A DNA stretch of 64,000 nucleotides. Source: Eledone cirrhosa (Eukaryota). A program made the position numbers and the translations under genes. A model generated the notes under the pieces. The model had not been told where the DNA came from, made no database searches, and saw only the letters and a list, made by a program, of their open reading frames with translations. This document shows positions 27,395 to 45,555 of this stretch, piece by piece (position 1 is the first letter of the stretch; every line of letters begins with the position of its first letter). The stretch is taken from positions 113,522,001-113,586,000 of the forward strand of contig OZ024740.1 of the NCBI GenBank assembly GCA_964016885.1. Direction: 5' to 3'.

Positions 27395-27510
27395 TCAGTT
27401 AAACCCGCCGAGGTTAACTTTGCCTTTCATCATTACGTGGTCAATAAAATAAAGCACCAGTAATACACTGGGATAATTGCTGGCATTGTGCCAAAAGTAG
27501 AAACAATTAT
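27395..27510 (+). mobile_element. Partial SINE copy
   Basis: ccgccgaggttaactttgcctttcat..aataaagcaccagta..gtgccaaaagtagaaacaatt. Confidence 0.75.
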
Positions 27511-30500
27511 AACCAGTTAACTTGGTTGGAGGCAATATCTTTAAAATTTCACCGAAATACTCAAGATAATTATATTTAAACGAATAAAATTAGCTAATAA
27601 TCATTTCAGCAGGTATTTTAAAAAATTAACTGCAGATTCTTAGATAGGATTAAAGAGAAGAAGCAGATGACGATTGGATTGGAGATGTGGGGAAGTTGGT
27701 GCTGGGTTTGCAGGGATTATTAATAAATAGGACTTAAACGTAGTAGTTGTGAATTTGGAGTTACAACCCGCCAGGCATAGAAGTAAAACTAATAAGAATT
27801 TCAACCACCCTTGAGGCAATATGGTTTCACTTGTTCATCAGGAGATCAGATTCATTATTGCAATAAAATAGCAGATAATTAAGGAAAATTACCTTTGATT
27901 CAATATACCTAATTAAAGAAATATAGTAACTACAAGAAGAACAACAACAGCAACATCAATAATTACACATCACCAACAATGAGACGATATGATGACGATG
28001 CTGATGAGGATAAAGATGATAAAATTTATGATAATGATAATAAGGATGATCATATTAGTGATAATAATGATGATAATGATGATACTAATGAGGGTGGTGG
28101 CAATTATTTAGAATTGTAGTCGCCGTGATAGTGGTGGGATAGCTATTTATACTATTATCGAGAACAGCAGAAATGATAATAGCTGATTTATCCCATAATG
28201 ACTAGGTGGAAACCATATATTATGATTTATTGCTCATTCAAGTACCAGGCAACACTTAGATTCTGTATAGAAATTCATGAAGATAATTATTCCACTAACA
28301 TTAACTATACTAACATATGTTAATGGGATATTACAAACAACAGATTTCTTAGGTACATAATAGTATATTTATATGCTTAAAGCCTATAAATGTATGCTTA
28401 AAATGAAATTATATGGTAAAATATTTAATCTTTCTATCGAATAATTGTTTTTGCCAAATAAAGCGACAGTGGTTTTGTGCTCCTAAGATAATTGGTATTT
28501 TGCTGTTTCCATTCATATGTATATTTTGGTTTCATTTTCACAAGGCCACTCTATTTAAAGTACGGTCGACACAGGTAATTGAGAAAACCTGATAGTATGT
28601 TTAATATTTTTGTTAATGGGAATAGGTACTCATGTAGATGCTAGCAGACAGACACTCTCTCGCCCGTCCAACTCTCGACTCATCAGAACAACACGGATGG
28701 TGTAGCCCATGGAAGAGAGGAGTGCATCAGCAATGACCTACTAGATTCTTTAACGACCTTTGAAAAGATGAAAAGCAAAAAGAAAAAGACATGGGACTCG
28801 GTTTAAATATCAGAACGCATTTGATTTAGATGAATTAAACAACAGTTAAATGTCACAAGATAAAGATAAAAATATATAATGCAGATAAAATATAAAAGGA
28901 GCACACATGTTATGCATATAAAGTTAATTGTATAGGACTAATGTATATTTAATAGTGTTCCAGCGTACGTTTGGTACTAAAACCTGAAGAGAGAGCACGT
29001 TTGGATTCGACAATAGATGAATCACGATTTTGACCTTGTCTAGTTGAAGCAAATGACCATGAATTCTTAGAGTTCCTGAGTTTCTGACCTTCTTACTTCA
29101 ACAAAAAATAATAATCATACTGCCTTTAGCCTGTACACTCACATCTTAAAAATACTAATACAGTCCTACGTAGACTGTTCCTGAAATATAAAGAAACAAA
29201 CTGACATAATGGTCACGGCTAGGCTGATTCTAAGCATAAGTTTGCTGTTCAGCACGTGTACGGGCTAAGCGCAGACAATAATAACGACAACAGCAACAGT
29301 GCTTTTGCTCTGTTTTGTATAACGTATGGTGGTTGAGTGTTAAAATCGTTTGTTCGTTGGATAGGATGTGTTGCGAAATTTGTCCCGACTCTCTGTACTC
29401 TGCGTTCAAATGCTGTTCAGATCTACTTTGCCTTTCTCTCTTTTGAGATCGATATAGCAAATATCAGTCCACTTCTGGTACAGCCAAACCATCTCTCTCT
29501 ATATTTGAAGAACATATATCGTGGGAAAAAAGTATGGGTTGAGAGTGTCTTTGTGTCTGCTCGCGGCTTCAGAGGATTCTAAATCTATTAGCAAATGTAT
29601 GGTACATGCTACCAAATCATCCTCAATTTTGAATGAAGATAGGGGTGATCTAATACGTAATTTTGTGTCAAGTACATTTCTGCATATATAGAGTTAAAGA
29701 TATGAAATATCTGAATACTCGATTTGATATTGCGTCACTTGGATTATATTCAATCTGATAAGAATCTAGTTGTCAAAATTCAGTTTTTCATGTTCACATT
29801 TGATCCAAAGGGAATTAACTCTAAAAAAGTGTTCAGAACAAAATTGAATAATCATTCATATACAGAATTAATTGTACAAACTTTCGTACGATATCAAGTG
29901 AGATTGGAGAGTTGTATTTTTGTGTTCCCTGCTAGTTTGGTTTTTTGCTTTCAATTTCTATATAAGGTGGCGAATTGGCAGCGCCAGAATATCAGATTAA
30001 ATACTTTGCGATATTTATTAATCTGGAAACTCCACGGGAGACCGGCCAGCTTAGGGTAGCCCTACCTAGAGCAAAGTCCCAGACAGCAACGTTCTCTCAC
30101 AAGCCCTCTTGCCACGACACGGCCAGACCCAGGAGGGGGGATTTATGGAACACACAAGTTCCCTGGCCACGACACGGCCAGACCCAGGAGGGGATTAATA
30201 GGATACACAAGCCCCCTCACGACGACAAGGCGAAACACAGCTGTCATTATTTGTGTTCAGTCGTTTCTTGTTTGACCACAACAAATAAATTATTCATTGT
30301 CTTTCCCGTCAAATATTTTACCGTATAATATTTAATACGATTCGTATCGTCACGTTAGAAATTGCGACAATATAAATATATTATTCATACAAACTTCCTT
30401 GAACAACCATATATATATATACGAAAAACATATTTGAGTAAATAAATACATATGTCAATGTGTGTGTTTGTTTGTGGGAGTGCCATTGTAAATGTGTATA

Positions 30501-31344
30501 AAAGAAATATGATTTTATTTTTTCATGACGTCTACACTGTAAATTAAAATCATATATGCGATGTTTACATTTAGACGTATGAAATCTAATATTTATCGTC
30601 AGACAAAAATCATTTACACTTATACTGAATGGACCAATAGAAAATATACTTGAATGCAAACCGGCTAGCCTAGTAAAATAGAATTGTTTGAAGAATACTT
30701 TACTCAGAAGCTCCATACACATGGAAAAGAAAAATAGTTAAGATCATGTTAAATTATTTAATACTAGAAACACTGATAGCCCAACCAGAATACTTATTAC
30801 TTGCAATAAACAATCAAAGACCAGCCAACCTTTAAAAACACAAACGGGGCGTACCATAAAAATAGTGCCAAAAATAGGAAGAAAAGAGGCACAATTGGAA
30901 GATTTTACATCATGAAAGCTATACCGATTTTCACAAAAACGGGGAGACGGGGAGAAATGAGCCAAAAAGAAAAGATCTCCCCGTCGGACGGGGAGAGTTG
31001 ACAGGACTGCAATTACAATTTTTGTCTTGAACTAATTTGGTATGTTCAACAGCGTAAACATTATATCCAGTATTCAAATGTCCTGAATTAAATCTGTTGA
31101 GATTAACTTAATTATTGTTTTACATCTAGATGGCAATCTCCTAGTATGTTTTTCAGTGTAAATAAGTTTTTTTCTGCCCTGTGTGCCTTTACATTGATAT
31201 TGTTTTACTGTTGTTTGTATTGTTTACATATGCGAGCCATAGTTTGTGTGTGTTCCGGTGCGTTATATATGACTTATTTTGCACGTATGTATGTGTTTGC
31301 ACATATACAGAGACACACACTCGCGCGCGCACAGACACACACAC

Positions 31345-31376
<32 letters not shown>

Positions 31377-31417
31377 GGGGATAGGGAGAGAGAGAGTGAG
31401 GGAAGGAGAGAGAGAGA

Positions 31418-31478
<61 letters not shown>

Positions 31479-31809
31479 ATATGTTTAATATATATAGGTA
31501 TATAAATATACATATATATCAATGATGAAAAGAGTCGGTTCCGACCACGAGTATATCAATTGTGCGAACAATGACACAGCCACTTAGAGAAAGCATGTAA
31601 CTTAGGAAACATTCTACACACATGTATGCCTTTGACCAGGTACTGAAGGCCATTCAGCGTGGTACAATTTATGATGAGGTTCTATATTCAAATCACAGAT
31701 ACAACTCATTTTTGCCATCTAATTGAGCAACGTGAAATAAAGTAGCGCATTGTAACACACAACTCGCCGCTAGGAAGAATCGAAATAATACTCACATTCA
31801 ATGCACCTT

Positions 31810-31878
<69 letters not shown>

Positions 31879-31901
31879 ACACATACACACACACACATAC
31901 A

Positions 31902-31975
<74 letters not shown>

Positions 31976-32916
31976 ATCACCGAAACTGTAGTGATTTTCA
32001 GAGGTTGACTGAGGAAATGGGACTGTCCGTTTTTCTTTTGTTTTGTTTCTGTTGTCTCCGTCTTGAGCACACCCTTATTAGAATATATATATATATATAT
32101 ATGTTATATACATACATGTGTGTGTTCAGGTTTCTGTGCGGAATTGTGTATGTGCGTGTGTGTATTTGTGTGTGTGCAAACTTGTGTTTCCATTCCTTTT
32201 TGTATTTTTATACTCATTTGTAGTAGAGGTTTCACGTATTCTATGCATATGTGACAAAATACACGAAATAAATATCAGTCTTTTATGTGTTCACTTAATT
32301 GTGTAGCCAAACAGCCAAACGGAAATGGAAATTGCGTTGCCAGGTCACGTCCGAAAACTATCTTTTACAATAAACCAACATTGTATAACTGCCAACTTTC
32401 AATTAACCCTTAAAATATGTTGATTGGACATTTTCTTTTAATGTTTCGATTTGAATAGAAATTATCTGTCTCCTAAACAATTTATTTAAATTTGAATTTT
32501 AAACGCTGGCTTTAACTGAAACAAAATAGATTTAGTATAAATAGTATTTATAGTATTTACTTCGGTTTTGACACATACATTTGATTTCGACCTCTATCTC
32601 AGTACCGTTGAATATTTAGTTTCCTACCCCATTCCACAAGCCAGCAGGGATAGGTGTAGAAATTACAATTCATATCTTGGCAGGTTTTCCAGAAGAATTT
32701 CATTAAACGTAGCAAACATATTTTCAAAAATAGCAGATTGTATTAAAAAGTAGCTCTAAAATGAAAGTGTGACAGAGAATTAGCATATATATATACACAG
32801 TCAAACACACACACACACATACACACACACATACACACACATGCACGCACACACACACGTACACACACACACACACACACACGCGCACACACACGCACAC
32901 ATATATATATGTATAT

Positions 32917-33140
32917 ATAAATAATTACAACATTGACATAAACAGGTACTCAAGTTTAGTTGGGTTCTGGACCCCAATTAATTCAGCGTCTCATGACAGG
33001 CTGAAGAAATTGGGGCCCAGACCCCAACTAAACTTGAGTACCTGTTTATGTCAATGTTGTATTTATTTATACTAAACTCGTCCTATGGATTGAGTGCTCT
33101 TACTCTCGCATATTTCCACTTAACTTTTACTTCAAGATAT
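32917..33140 (+). mobile_element. Fold-back PLE-like mini-element with 3' half of a hammerhead
   Basis: Inverted repeat ~32917-32979/33008-33070, then ttcagc..gctgaa-GAAA-ttgggg..ccccaa, and tail actc-gtcc-tat-ggat-t-gagt. Confidence 0.65.
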
Positions 33141-33167
33141 TTATATATATATACACACACACACGCT

Positions 33168-33240
<73 letters not shown>

Positions 33241-33253
33241 GTGTATATATATA

Positions 33254-36248
<2,995 letters not shown>

Positions 36249-36249
36249 G

Positions 36250-36284
<35 letters not shown>

Positions 36285-36325
36285 ATATAAGTATATATAT
36301 ATGCATGTCAATATATATATATATA

Positions 36326-36512
36326 ATTGTTTCTACTTTAGGCACAAGGCCAGCAATTACCCAGTGCATTACTGGTACTTTATTTTATCGACCCCGTAAG
36401 GATGAAAGGCAAAGTCAACCTCGGCGGGATTTGAACTCAGATCATAAAGGGACGTAACTATGCTGGAAAGCATGGCGTCAAACCCTCTACCGATACTGCC
36501 AATCCACCGCCC
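36326..36512 (-). mobile_element. tRNA-derived SINE, full copy
   Basis: Reverse complement of 57255-57440, with A and B boxes. Confidence 0.85.
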
Positions 36513-37368
36513 ATATATATAATGACAGGTATATATATATGTAAATATATATCTTTCTTTTATTTAGAAATGCTTTCTATAGGATTATAAGGTTTCCATA
36601 CGAATTTCCTGTCGCTTCGCTTACATATATTTAGTTGATTTATTATGATATATATTCACTTCAAAATTAAGATTTCAAATTAGCAAGACGCCCAAATTTT
36701 AAGAAGTAAGGAATAGCGTGCAAATTTGAAAAGTTGTGCAATCTACATCTTGTATCCCAATCCTTACAACAAATCAATATCTACCATAACCTTGACTTCG
36801 AAGAGGTTAATCTGCCCAGCATTATATAAATATTTTCATTAGTCAATGGGTGATGATTTTACGGAGATATCCATTCATTATGATTCTTTCTGTAGCTTCA
36901 ACAGTAAATATGTGCCTGATAGCTGGCGATTGCTACTAGGTCTGGAAAATATTAGCCGCCTTTGATCCGGGGTGGATTATTTCCTTATGCGACTGAAACT
37001 CTGTAGATAATCCTTCCCTTGATCTAACAGAACATCCTAGATATAATTCCTGGAAAGCACTAGGAATGTTCTAGTATTTTCTTTATAGACTCCGAAAGGA
37101 TAATCCTAAAATGGAGCACGGGAAGATCTGAACTCTAAGTACCCCCATAAACGTCTTGTGCCATGAAGTACGGTCTTTTTATAACATACCTAAAGTGCTA
37201 AAAGAAGGAAGCATCTTTGAGCTACAATCCTCACAAGAAACATGTTTATTGGACAATATATTTTTACATTCGTTCTCTCTTGCTTAAATTTGTGATTTAG
37301 GTTTTTCTTTTGTTACACACAGACACGTACACCAATGAATACCTATATATATATACATTCATACATAC

Positions 37369-37427
<59 letters not shown>

Positions 37428-37517
37428 TATTTATATTTATATTTGTATATATATGTATATATATATATATAAATATATATATATATGCATATATATATAT
37501 ATATATGTATATATATG

Positions 37518-37616
<99 letters not shown>

Positions 37617-37657
37617 GTATATATATATATATATATATGTATATACACATATATATT

Positions 37658-37693
<36 letters not shown>

Positions 37694-37711
37694 TAAATAT
37701 TTATATATATA

Positions 37712-37782
<71 letters not shown>

Positions 37783-39584
37783 ATATATATATATATACAT
37801 AAATATTTATATATATATACATTTGTGGTATATATATATGTGTGTGTTTGGTATATACATATATATGTGTGAATGTGTCTATGTAGTATTTACTGTCTGT
37901 GTTTTATTTGTCTGTGCCTCTATGTAGTCAGTAAACTCTCATTAAATTAAAATAAATTACTTCCGCTTTGGCTTGATATTTAAGATGAATGCTACACAAG
38001 GAGCAAAAGTCGACAATTGTGTGCAATTACAATATATATATACTTATACAAACACACACAAACACATACACACATACACACCTATTGCTCCACTTGCTGC
38101 TCACTATCCAAGCTGCTCTATAGAGTGGTGTGTGTGTGCCAATGAATATTCGTACTGTGTCTCCTTAACAAATATACTCTTTTTCTCTCACATATATTGT
38201 ATCACTCTCCATTTATATTAGTATATATATAAATGCATACATACATACATGCATCTCTCTCTCTCTCTATGTATATATATATATTATTATATATCCTCTT
38301 TTCTCACTATATGCACACATTCATAGAGTCGAAATAGTTATTTTCCCACAAATGTTAAGACGCTGGTAATAGAATATGTCAAAAGGACACGGACATCAAA
38401 TGAAATTAACAAAACAACCATTTACATTATAAACACATTCACAGACTCTCATAGATCCATATTCAGAGACTTCTATAAATAAATTCTCACAGTCTACCCT
38501 TGACACACATACACATAGGTGAATGGAAATAAAATCACAGGGAAAAAGCCACTGAAAACACCACACGTGTGGCTATGTAGAAAAATGTTTAACCGAAATA
38601 GAAATGCTTTAGTGTTTTTTTTATTTTTCGCCTGGTATCTTTATAGACATAAGTTTCCACTGTTTGAAATTATTACTTTTTAATGGTATTTTCTTGAAAT
38701 GTGACTTCGTCTTCCATTACTTTCCTTTATCTCTATTACTAGCAATTTTGTTGCTGGCTGCTATAAATGTGAGAGTAAAGATAAATAGATACGCCACATT
38801 AGTAAATAAACTTAAGAAAATTAACAAAGAAAGCACAAGACAACGGACGCAAACAAAACAAAACGAAAAACAATTTTCTAAGAGGAAGTCTTAAAAAAAT
38901 TTTTTTTTTAAAATGAATATACAAACGAAACACACATAACTCCATGATCATCGGCCATTGACATGGACATAGGAAGTTTCGACCCCTACCAACGGTACGT
39001 CTGGTCCATCCGGGGTCACAGCCGCTAACATAAGCCAAAAACAGTCGAAAGAAGTTAGAGACGAAATACGAAACATCAATTTATAGCCGTGAAGCTACAA
39101 AAACACATACAATTCTATGTGACATCGGGGATGTGTGATTCCAAGTGGCACGGGATATAAATGAAACAGACAAAAAGCAAGAAAAATAAAGCAAGATATC
39201 ATGTTAAAAATGGTAGAATTCACAAGAAATGGGGGAGACGTTATAAACACGTATGCACACACAGATATAAAAAATATTAAGTTGACGAAAATAGCATGGG
39301 TATCACTGCTAGAACCGGTTGCATCTCAAAGTACTCAATAGATAATGTTAAATAAACTCCCAGAGTATACACGTAATTATTCGCTTCAATACAACGCACG
39401 TAAATGGGTACCTTCAATATATATATATGTGGAAAAGTAAGAAATCGGAGAACAGACCGTTAATACATGTTTATTTAAAACAGCACCAACGTATATATGT
39501 AGTGTGTGTATGTGTGTGTATGTACCTGTGCATAGTTACATTTATGTATCAGCTGTGTTATGGTGAGAAATAAAATTCCAATGT

Positions 39585-39615
<31 letters not shown>

Positions 39616-39639
39616 CTGTGTGTGTGAATTTATTAACCG

Positions 39640-40087
39640 TAGTTAAGACGGGATTGCCTCACCATAATTAATTTATTGTATAATATATATTTCTCTTGCA
39701 TTATTATGCATATGAATTCATGAGATTCTCATACAATGACATATGTAGTTATGTAATTATAAGGATATGTCATGTATTACCATCCTGTATGTCACAACAG
39801 GATGGTAATACATGATCAGCCAAATATCCCCATGATTGTATAGTTGCACCTATGTGTGTATGAGCATCTATGATTCTATGCGGTTACATGCATGACCATG
39901 TAACAGAAATATATATCATGCAATAAAGCAATTATGGTGAAATAACCCCGTCATAACTACTTTTAATTAACAAATGAATACTCCGTTACTCCTAATCACC
40001 AACTTTTAGCTAGGATCGCTTGAGCCAGCTAATCCTCACGAAGTTACAGCGTAACAACCACCTATACACACTTTATCTACGGTGATA
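39640..40087 (+). mobile_element. Older fold-back PLE-like element with decayed hammerhead (39864-39921)
   Basis: Imperfect arms around 39640-39960. gcat-CTATGA..GAAA-tatata-TC-atgc-aataaa, and tail tactcc..ttgagc. Confidence 0.6.
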
Positions 40088-40216
40088 TATATATATATAT
40101 CCGCTCTTTCTAACGGCCCATTTATGTGTGGGTCATTTTCACGGTTTGATTCATTCACCGGGCAGAAAGCGACACATCCACATCTACGTAGATTTATATC
40201 TAGTAGGTTTGGAAAA

Positions 40217-40296
40217 GCTATCTGAAGAGCTATATCTTTCCATTGGAAATTCTCTGAATTTCCAATCTTTTGATTAGCGAAACCGTCGGTCATGGC
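40217..40296 (+). ncRNA. Type I hammerhead ribozyme
   Basis: gctat-CTGAAGA-gcta..attggaaattc/gaatttccaat..tagc-GAAA-ccgtcgg-TC-atggc. Confidence 0.85.
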
Positions 40297-40372
40297 ACTA
40301 GAAGAGGTAAATATTTAAATCGTATTTTAATTTATTTAAAAGATTGTTTAATGTAATGTTTACTTGTTCCGC

Positions 40373-40507
<135 letters not shown>

Positions 40508-40561
40508 AGTAGATAAAGTGCTTATAGGTGGTTGTTACGCTGTAACAACCACTTTACAAAG

Positions 40562-40641
40562 GGTCTGACGAGCCGCGGATTATAGTGTCAGGTCAGATCG
40601 ATACAGATCGAACCTTGATCAGTGGCGAAACGCGCGTCACC
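40562..40641 (+). ncRNA. Type I hammerhead ribozyme
   Basis: ggt-CTGACGA-gccgc..gtggc-GAAA-cgcgcg-TC-acc. Confidence 0.85.
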
Positions 40642-40690
40642 AACCAATATACGTAATGAAGGAGTAACCAATCGTCCTTGTTATCTTATT

Positions 40691-40741
<51 letters not shown>

Positions 40742-40929
40742 CTCGAGAGGTAATGGTATCATGTTACATTGTCGGGTGATCCATGACCTGGACCCCAACC
40801 AGACTTGCCTGGTGGGAAGTGTGATTGTGGGCACTCTGCACGATAAAAGTCAAAACTCGTCAAAAGACGGAGAAACACAGGAGAGTCAACAGCCATCCAA
40901 TAGTGTGTAGATATGTGTAGTTACTTCTT

Positions 40930-41488
40930 TAAAACTCATAGCGAATGCTCTTCAAAACGTTTTTAAATAAACATACAGTATATTATCAGATATACTATAC
41001 ATACATCGCTATTTCAGAGCACCAATACTAATTCCTAATTTTTGCCGGACGGGCAACTGCTCTGTTTAATCAGCTCTTAAATATCACTGGAATTCTATAA
41101 GACTCTAGCTTCTATATGTCTACGCAGAACCGAAAGGATATGTAATCTCGACAACTGCTAATGAGTCACAACTCTAAAACTCATAGCGAATGGTCTTCAA
41201 AATGTTTTGAAAAACAACATACAGTATATTATCAGATATACTATACATACATCGCTATTTCAGAGCACCAATACTAATTCCTAATTTTTGCCGGACGGGC
41301 AACTGCTCTGTTTAATCAGCTCTTAAATATCACTGGAATTCTATAAGACTCTAGCTTCTATATGTCTACGCAGAACCGAAGGGATATGTAATCTCGACAA
41401 CTGCTAATGAGTCACAACTCTAAAACTCATAGCGAATGGTCTTCAAAATGTTTTGAAAAACAACATACAGTATATTATCAAATATGCT
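40930..41488. repeat. Tandem repeat, ~246-bp unit, ~2.3 copies
   Basis: taaaactcatagcgaatg at 40930, 41175 and 41421. Confidence 0.9.
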
Positions 41489-42288
41489 AAACACATATAT
41501 ATATAAGAAGGATTTTCAAGCAGTTTCTCTGTAATAATTTTAACACGGATTTTAATCAACATGAGGCTGTATTTATTCGAGTTCCTACACATTATGACTG
41601 AAACCAGAACCATAGTGGTTACGATAGGTATTCTTTAATTATAATAATACATTCAGTCAGAGCCTTGCTTGCGCTGAAATATTAATCCTAGTATACAACA
41701 CTACAAAATGGTTTTGTTGAAAACTTGCTTCATTTTACGTTCTGTATCACAATATTTCACAAAGGCAATTATAATTCCAATTAATATTGTTTGTCAAAGT
41801 TTTTCTCATTTTGTATACTTCAAAGTCTCTTCAAAGTGTTTGATATAAGACTTTAAGGAGGAAATAAAAACGGCCAGGTAATGGAGTTGTTATTTCAACC
41901 TATACGGACGGCTGAATATAACACTTTAATAGATTGGTGTTAGAGCAGCCGACATATTGGATGAAACGAACTGGACGATAAAACATTGCATACAACAGCT
42001 TCCAAACTTTTCGATCAAATATTATAATTTATACAATACGTTTCTACACAAACACACTTAAACACACACAAACACACTTAAACACACATAAACTCACACA
42101 CACATAGACACACACTCACATACACAAACACAAACACAAACATTCTCTCTTTCTTTCTCTCTTCCGTCACATACGTTCACACGTGTATATATACCTATAT
42201 TGCGGTAAGAGCCGCCACACAGATGTGTGCACAGACATGTTCTTGCCTTCGAGATTTCCTACATTTCTAGACACACACAGAGACACAG

Positions 42289-42326
<38 letters not shown>

Positions 42327-42924
42327 CACTCTCTCTCTCTTTCTCTCTATCTCACACACACACACACACATTTGTATATATATATATATATAAACAAATA
42401 GTAAAAAGGAAGAAATACACTAGAACATCCTGGAGGGATTTTTTCCGTATAATATCACAACATTTATTTATAAAGTGGGTATTTCCGCATTTAATCGTGG
42501 TACCTGTTTCAACATTATATGCTTTTTCAACGGCGGAAATGCAAAGTGCAGTTAAGTTGCATATAGAATAATATAAAATAACGTATAATAATAAAATGGA
42601 GAAGAAAAGTTATTAGTTTTTACATATCTATTTAGAGAGGTAAGTCCATGTTTCTGTACGAGGCTATCTTTCCTTCTCCTATATATATAGGAGAGAGAAG
42701 CCATATGCATAAAACCTATCAGCTTTTAGCTTAATTTTGTCTTAGCATCCAATCAGTTAGTTTCTCTGAAGACGGTTAAGGGATCAGAAACAGCGCCGTT
42801 TGAATGCTCTCTCTTGCTTCTTTGCTAAAGACCAGTAGCGATTATTCACTACTTCTGGAATTTTATAGCGATTATATAATAATATTTATTTACCTGAACA
42901 TTTGGTATATGATTTAATATATAA

Positions 42925-43033
42925 TATAATTGTTTCTACTTTTGGCACAAAACTAACAATTATCCCAGTACATTACTGGTACTTTATTTTATCGACCCCG
43001 TAAGGAGGAAAGGCAAAGTTAACCTCGGCGAGA
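42925..43033 (-). mobile_element. Partial SINE copy
   Basis: tactggtactttattttatcgaccccgtaagg..aaaggcaaagttaacctcggcg. Confidence 0.8.
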
Positions 43034-43404
43034 TTATGATATAGTGTAAAGTTCGTGTGTGTATTTGTGCGCGCATGTAAATATACAGAGCCATTTGAGA
43101 AACGCAAAATTCAAGCATGTTATATTGCATGATATCCAATTTACAAATGTAAGAGTTCCTATCATATTTCTTCATAGGTTGTTTCCATCGTTGTTGCTAG
43201 TTTTGAGGAAGTTAAATCTAATTGTAGTTTCGGTTACCTGATGATTGTATTAGTCACTACAGAGCCTTTATCATGACAGTAGCCACAACCTTCTTCTACT
43301 CTTCAGCCTGACTATTTATGAGTTGAAAGAGAATGAAATTGTTTCCATAACGCAATTTTCCCGTAATAGATTTAACATATATTATCTATCTATGTCTCTC
43401 TCTC

Positions 43405-43484
<80 letters not shown>

Positions 43485-43844
43485 TTTTCTACTCTAACCA
43501 TAATTTTCAGTAGCACCACTCCACATAAATTCCCCAATTTAAGAATGACCTGTAGTATCTATTTCATACTATTAACCTTAATTGAATATATATCTGACCA
43601 GGAATGCTTTTTGTGAAAATCAGACATATGGAACTATTGTCATCTTGCCTGACGATTTGAAATTTACAACACCACCTGCCTCTTTGAGGTCAAACACCAA
43701 CCCTACTACCATCTACAAACTGACCAGCGAATTAAGACTATTCCTGCTGACAACATTAAATTATTCCTAACAAGCTCATATGTCCCAAGGCTCTGATACC
43801 ATCAACACTATAAACACAGAGCTGGCATATCTAAGAACTGACTA

Positions 43845-43900
43845 ACTGCCTGATGAGGTCATAGCTATTCAATGGCTATCATCGAAATATATATAGCAGT
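43845..43900 (+). ncRNA. Type I hammerhead ribozyme near a PLE-like 3' end (to 43947)
   Basis: actgc-CTGATGA-ggtcatagcta/tggctatcatc-GAAA-tatata-TA-gcagt, then aataaa, tail and (TA)n. Confidence 0.88.
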
Positions 43901-43941
43901 AAATAAAGGATTATGAGCTCATGCAATTGACTTATGTTTCG

Positions 43942-44030
<89 letters not shown>

Positions 44031-44107
44031 TTAGGTTAAATATTGATGCAATTCAATTCAAGCACTCAACGTACTTATTCCACATAGGAGTGACGGAGTA
44101 AATATCG
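44031..44107 (-). mobile_element. Solo 3' tail of the 51912/61991 family
   Basis: attgatgcaattcaattcaagcactcaacgtac match, between (TA)n tracts. Confidence 0.8.
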
Positions 44108-44114
44108 TGTATAT

Positions 44115-44145
<31 letters not shown>

Positions 44146-44158
44146 TTTTACATACTTT

Positions 44159-44206
<48 letters not shown>

Positions 44207-44415
44207 TATGTAAAAGTACATACATATATGTATACAGACGTACAGTAGTATGTATATATATATATATATATACATACATGCACACATATATATATGTACG
44301 TATGGATTCACCGAACATTTATTATAATGCTCGGTGTGTTTGTAAACAAACATCCCGTATTAAGCCGTAGTGTCTAGCAACCATCGTTGCTCGTTTGTTC
44401 AACACTGACAAAGGA

Positions 44416-44458
44416 ACGCTGTACTAGTTTCAAGCTTATTAGCTATCGTCAGCAACGT
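44416..44458 (-). ncRNA. Minimal type I hammerhead, same family as 63479-63521
   Basis: acgttg-CTGACGA-tagctaataagctt-GAAA-ctag-TA-cagcgt. Confidence 0.85.
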
Positions 44459-44594
44459 ATACCTTCCTGCCAGATTGTTGAACATATATACTTACCTTAT
44501 TCATATTAACTGCCGAGTAGCCCAATTTGCATATCGAGTGGGTTAATCGGCCGGATGCACCGAACACGATAAACGGAATTATATATATATATAT

Positions 44595-45555
44595 CTAGGG
44601 CGGGTAAAATACCCGAGATCCATGGACGAGTTCTCTCCAGCGCTCTCTGTCCCTCATTATCGCTGCCATGTCCTGTGTCTCTAACATACCAGTGTCTACC
44701 ATTAGGGCATCGACATACGTTAACCTTGGTCTTCCACTTCGAGTGTGTCCATGTAGGGGCTCCCACAGGAGCACTGAATGCAATATCAACTCTGGATGTC
44801 GGTGAGCATGTCCAGCTAACCTCAGTCTCCTCCGTGTCACTCTTGAGCTGACTTTTGGGAGGCTCCCATACAGCTCTGAGAGCTTCATCCTCAGTGTATA
44901 CTGATTAATGTATCATTTGATGGGATGACAGAGTTCTTTGAGATACTGGCTGGAGTGCTCCAGGGAGATACATTGGCCCCCTACCTTTTTATCATCGTAG
45001 TGGACTATTGTATGCGCCTTGCACTGGAGAAACACCAGGACTCTGGCTTTACTGTAGCAGCAGCTCAGAGCAGGAGAGTTAAGGCGAAAAAGGTATCAGA
45101 TGCTGAATTTGCTGACGACATAGTTTTGGTGACAAATACAGTGAAGGAGGCAGAGGATTTGATGCGGGAGGTTGAGACTGTGTCGATGAGTGTGGGGCTG
45201 AGAATGAATGAGACTAAAACAAAATATCTGGTAGAGAATGTTGAGAAGCCAGAGGGGATCATTAATCTAGGAGGGAAGCCGCTAGAATTGGTTGAGGGCT
45301 TCCTGTATTTGAGAACAAAGATTGGGAATACGGAAGATGATATGGTTGAGAGGAAGAGCAAAGCCTGGGCGGTGTGCCACAGCTTGAGATCGGTGTAGAA
45401 GTCGGACCTTCGTAAATACCTGAAAATCCACCTCTTCATTGCTGTAGTGGAGTCTGTGCTGCTGTACGGGTCTGAGACTTGGACACTGACCAAGAAACTC
45501 ACTCAGATGGTGGATGGGTGCTACACGAGATTGCTGAAGGTGGCTATGAAGATAT

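Noticed and set aside
28984-29040. CTGAAGA/CTGATGA words at 28984, 2617 and 56169 as hammerheads
   Set aside because: No correctly placed GAAA, NUH and stem I.
30940-31009. DNA transposon end (ggggagagttgacaggactg)
   Set aside because: It resembles a TIR but has only a poor possible partner near 28646 and no transposase.
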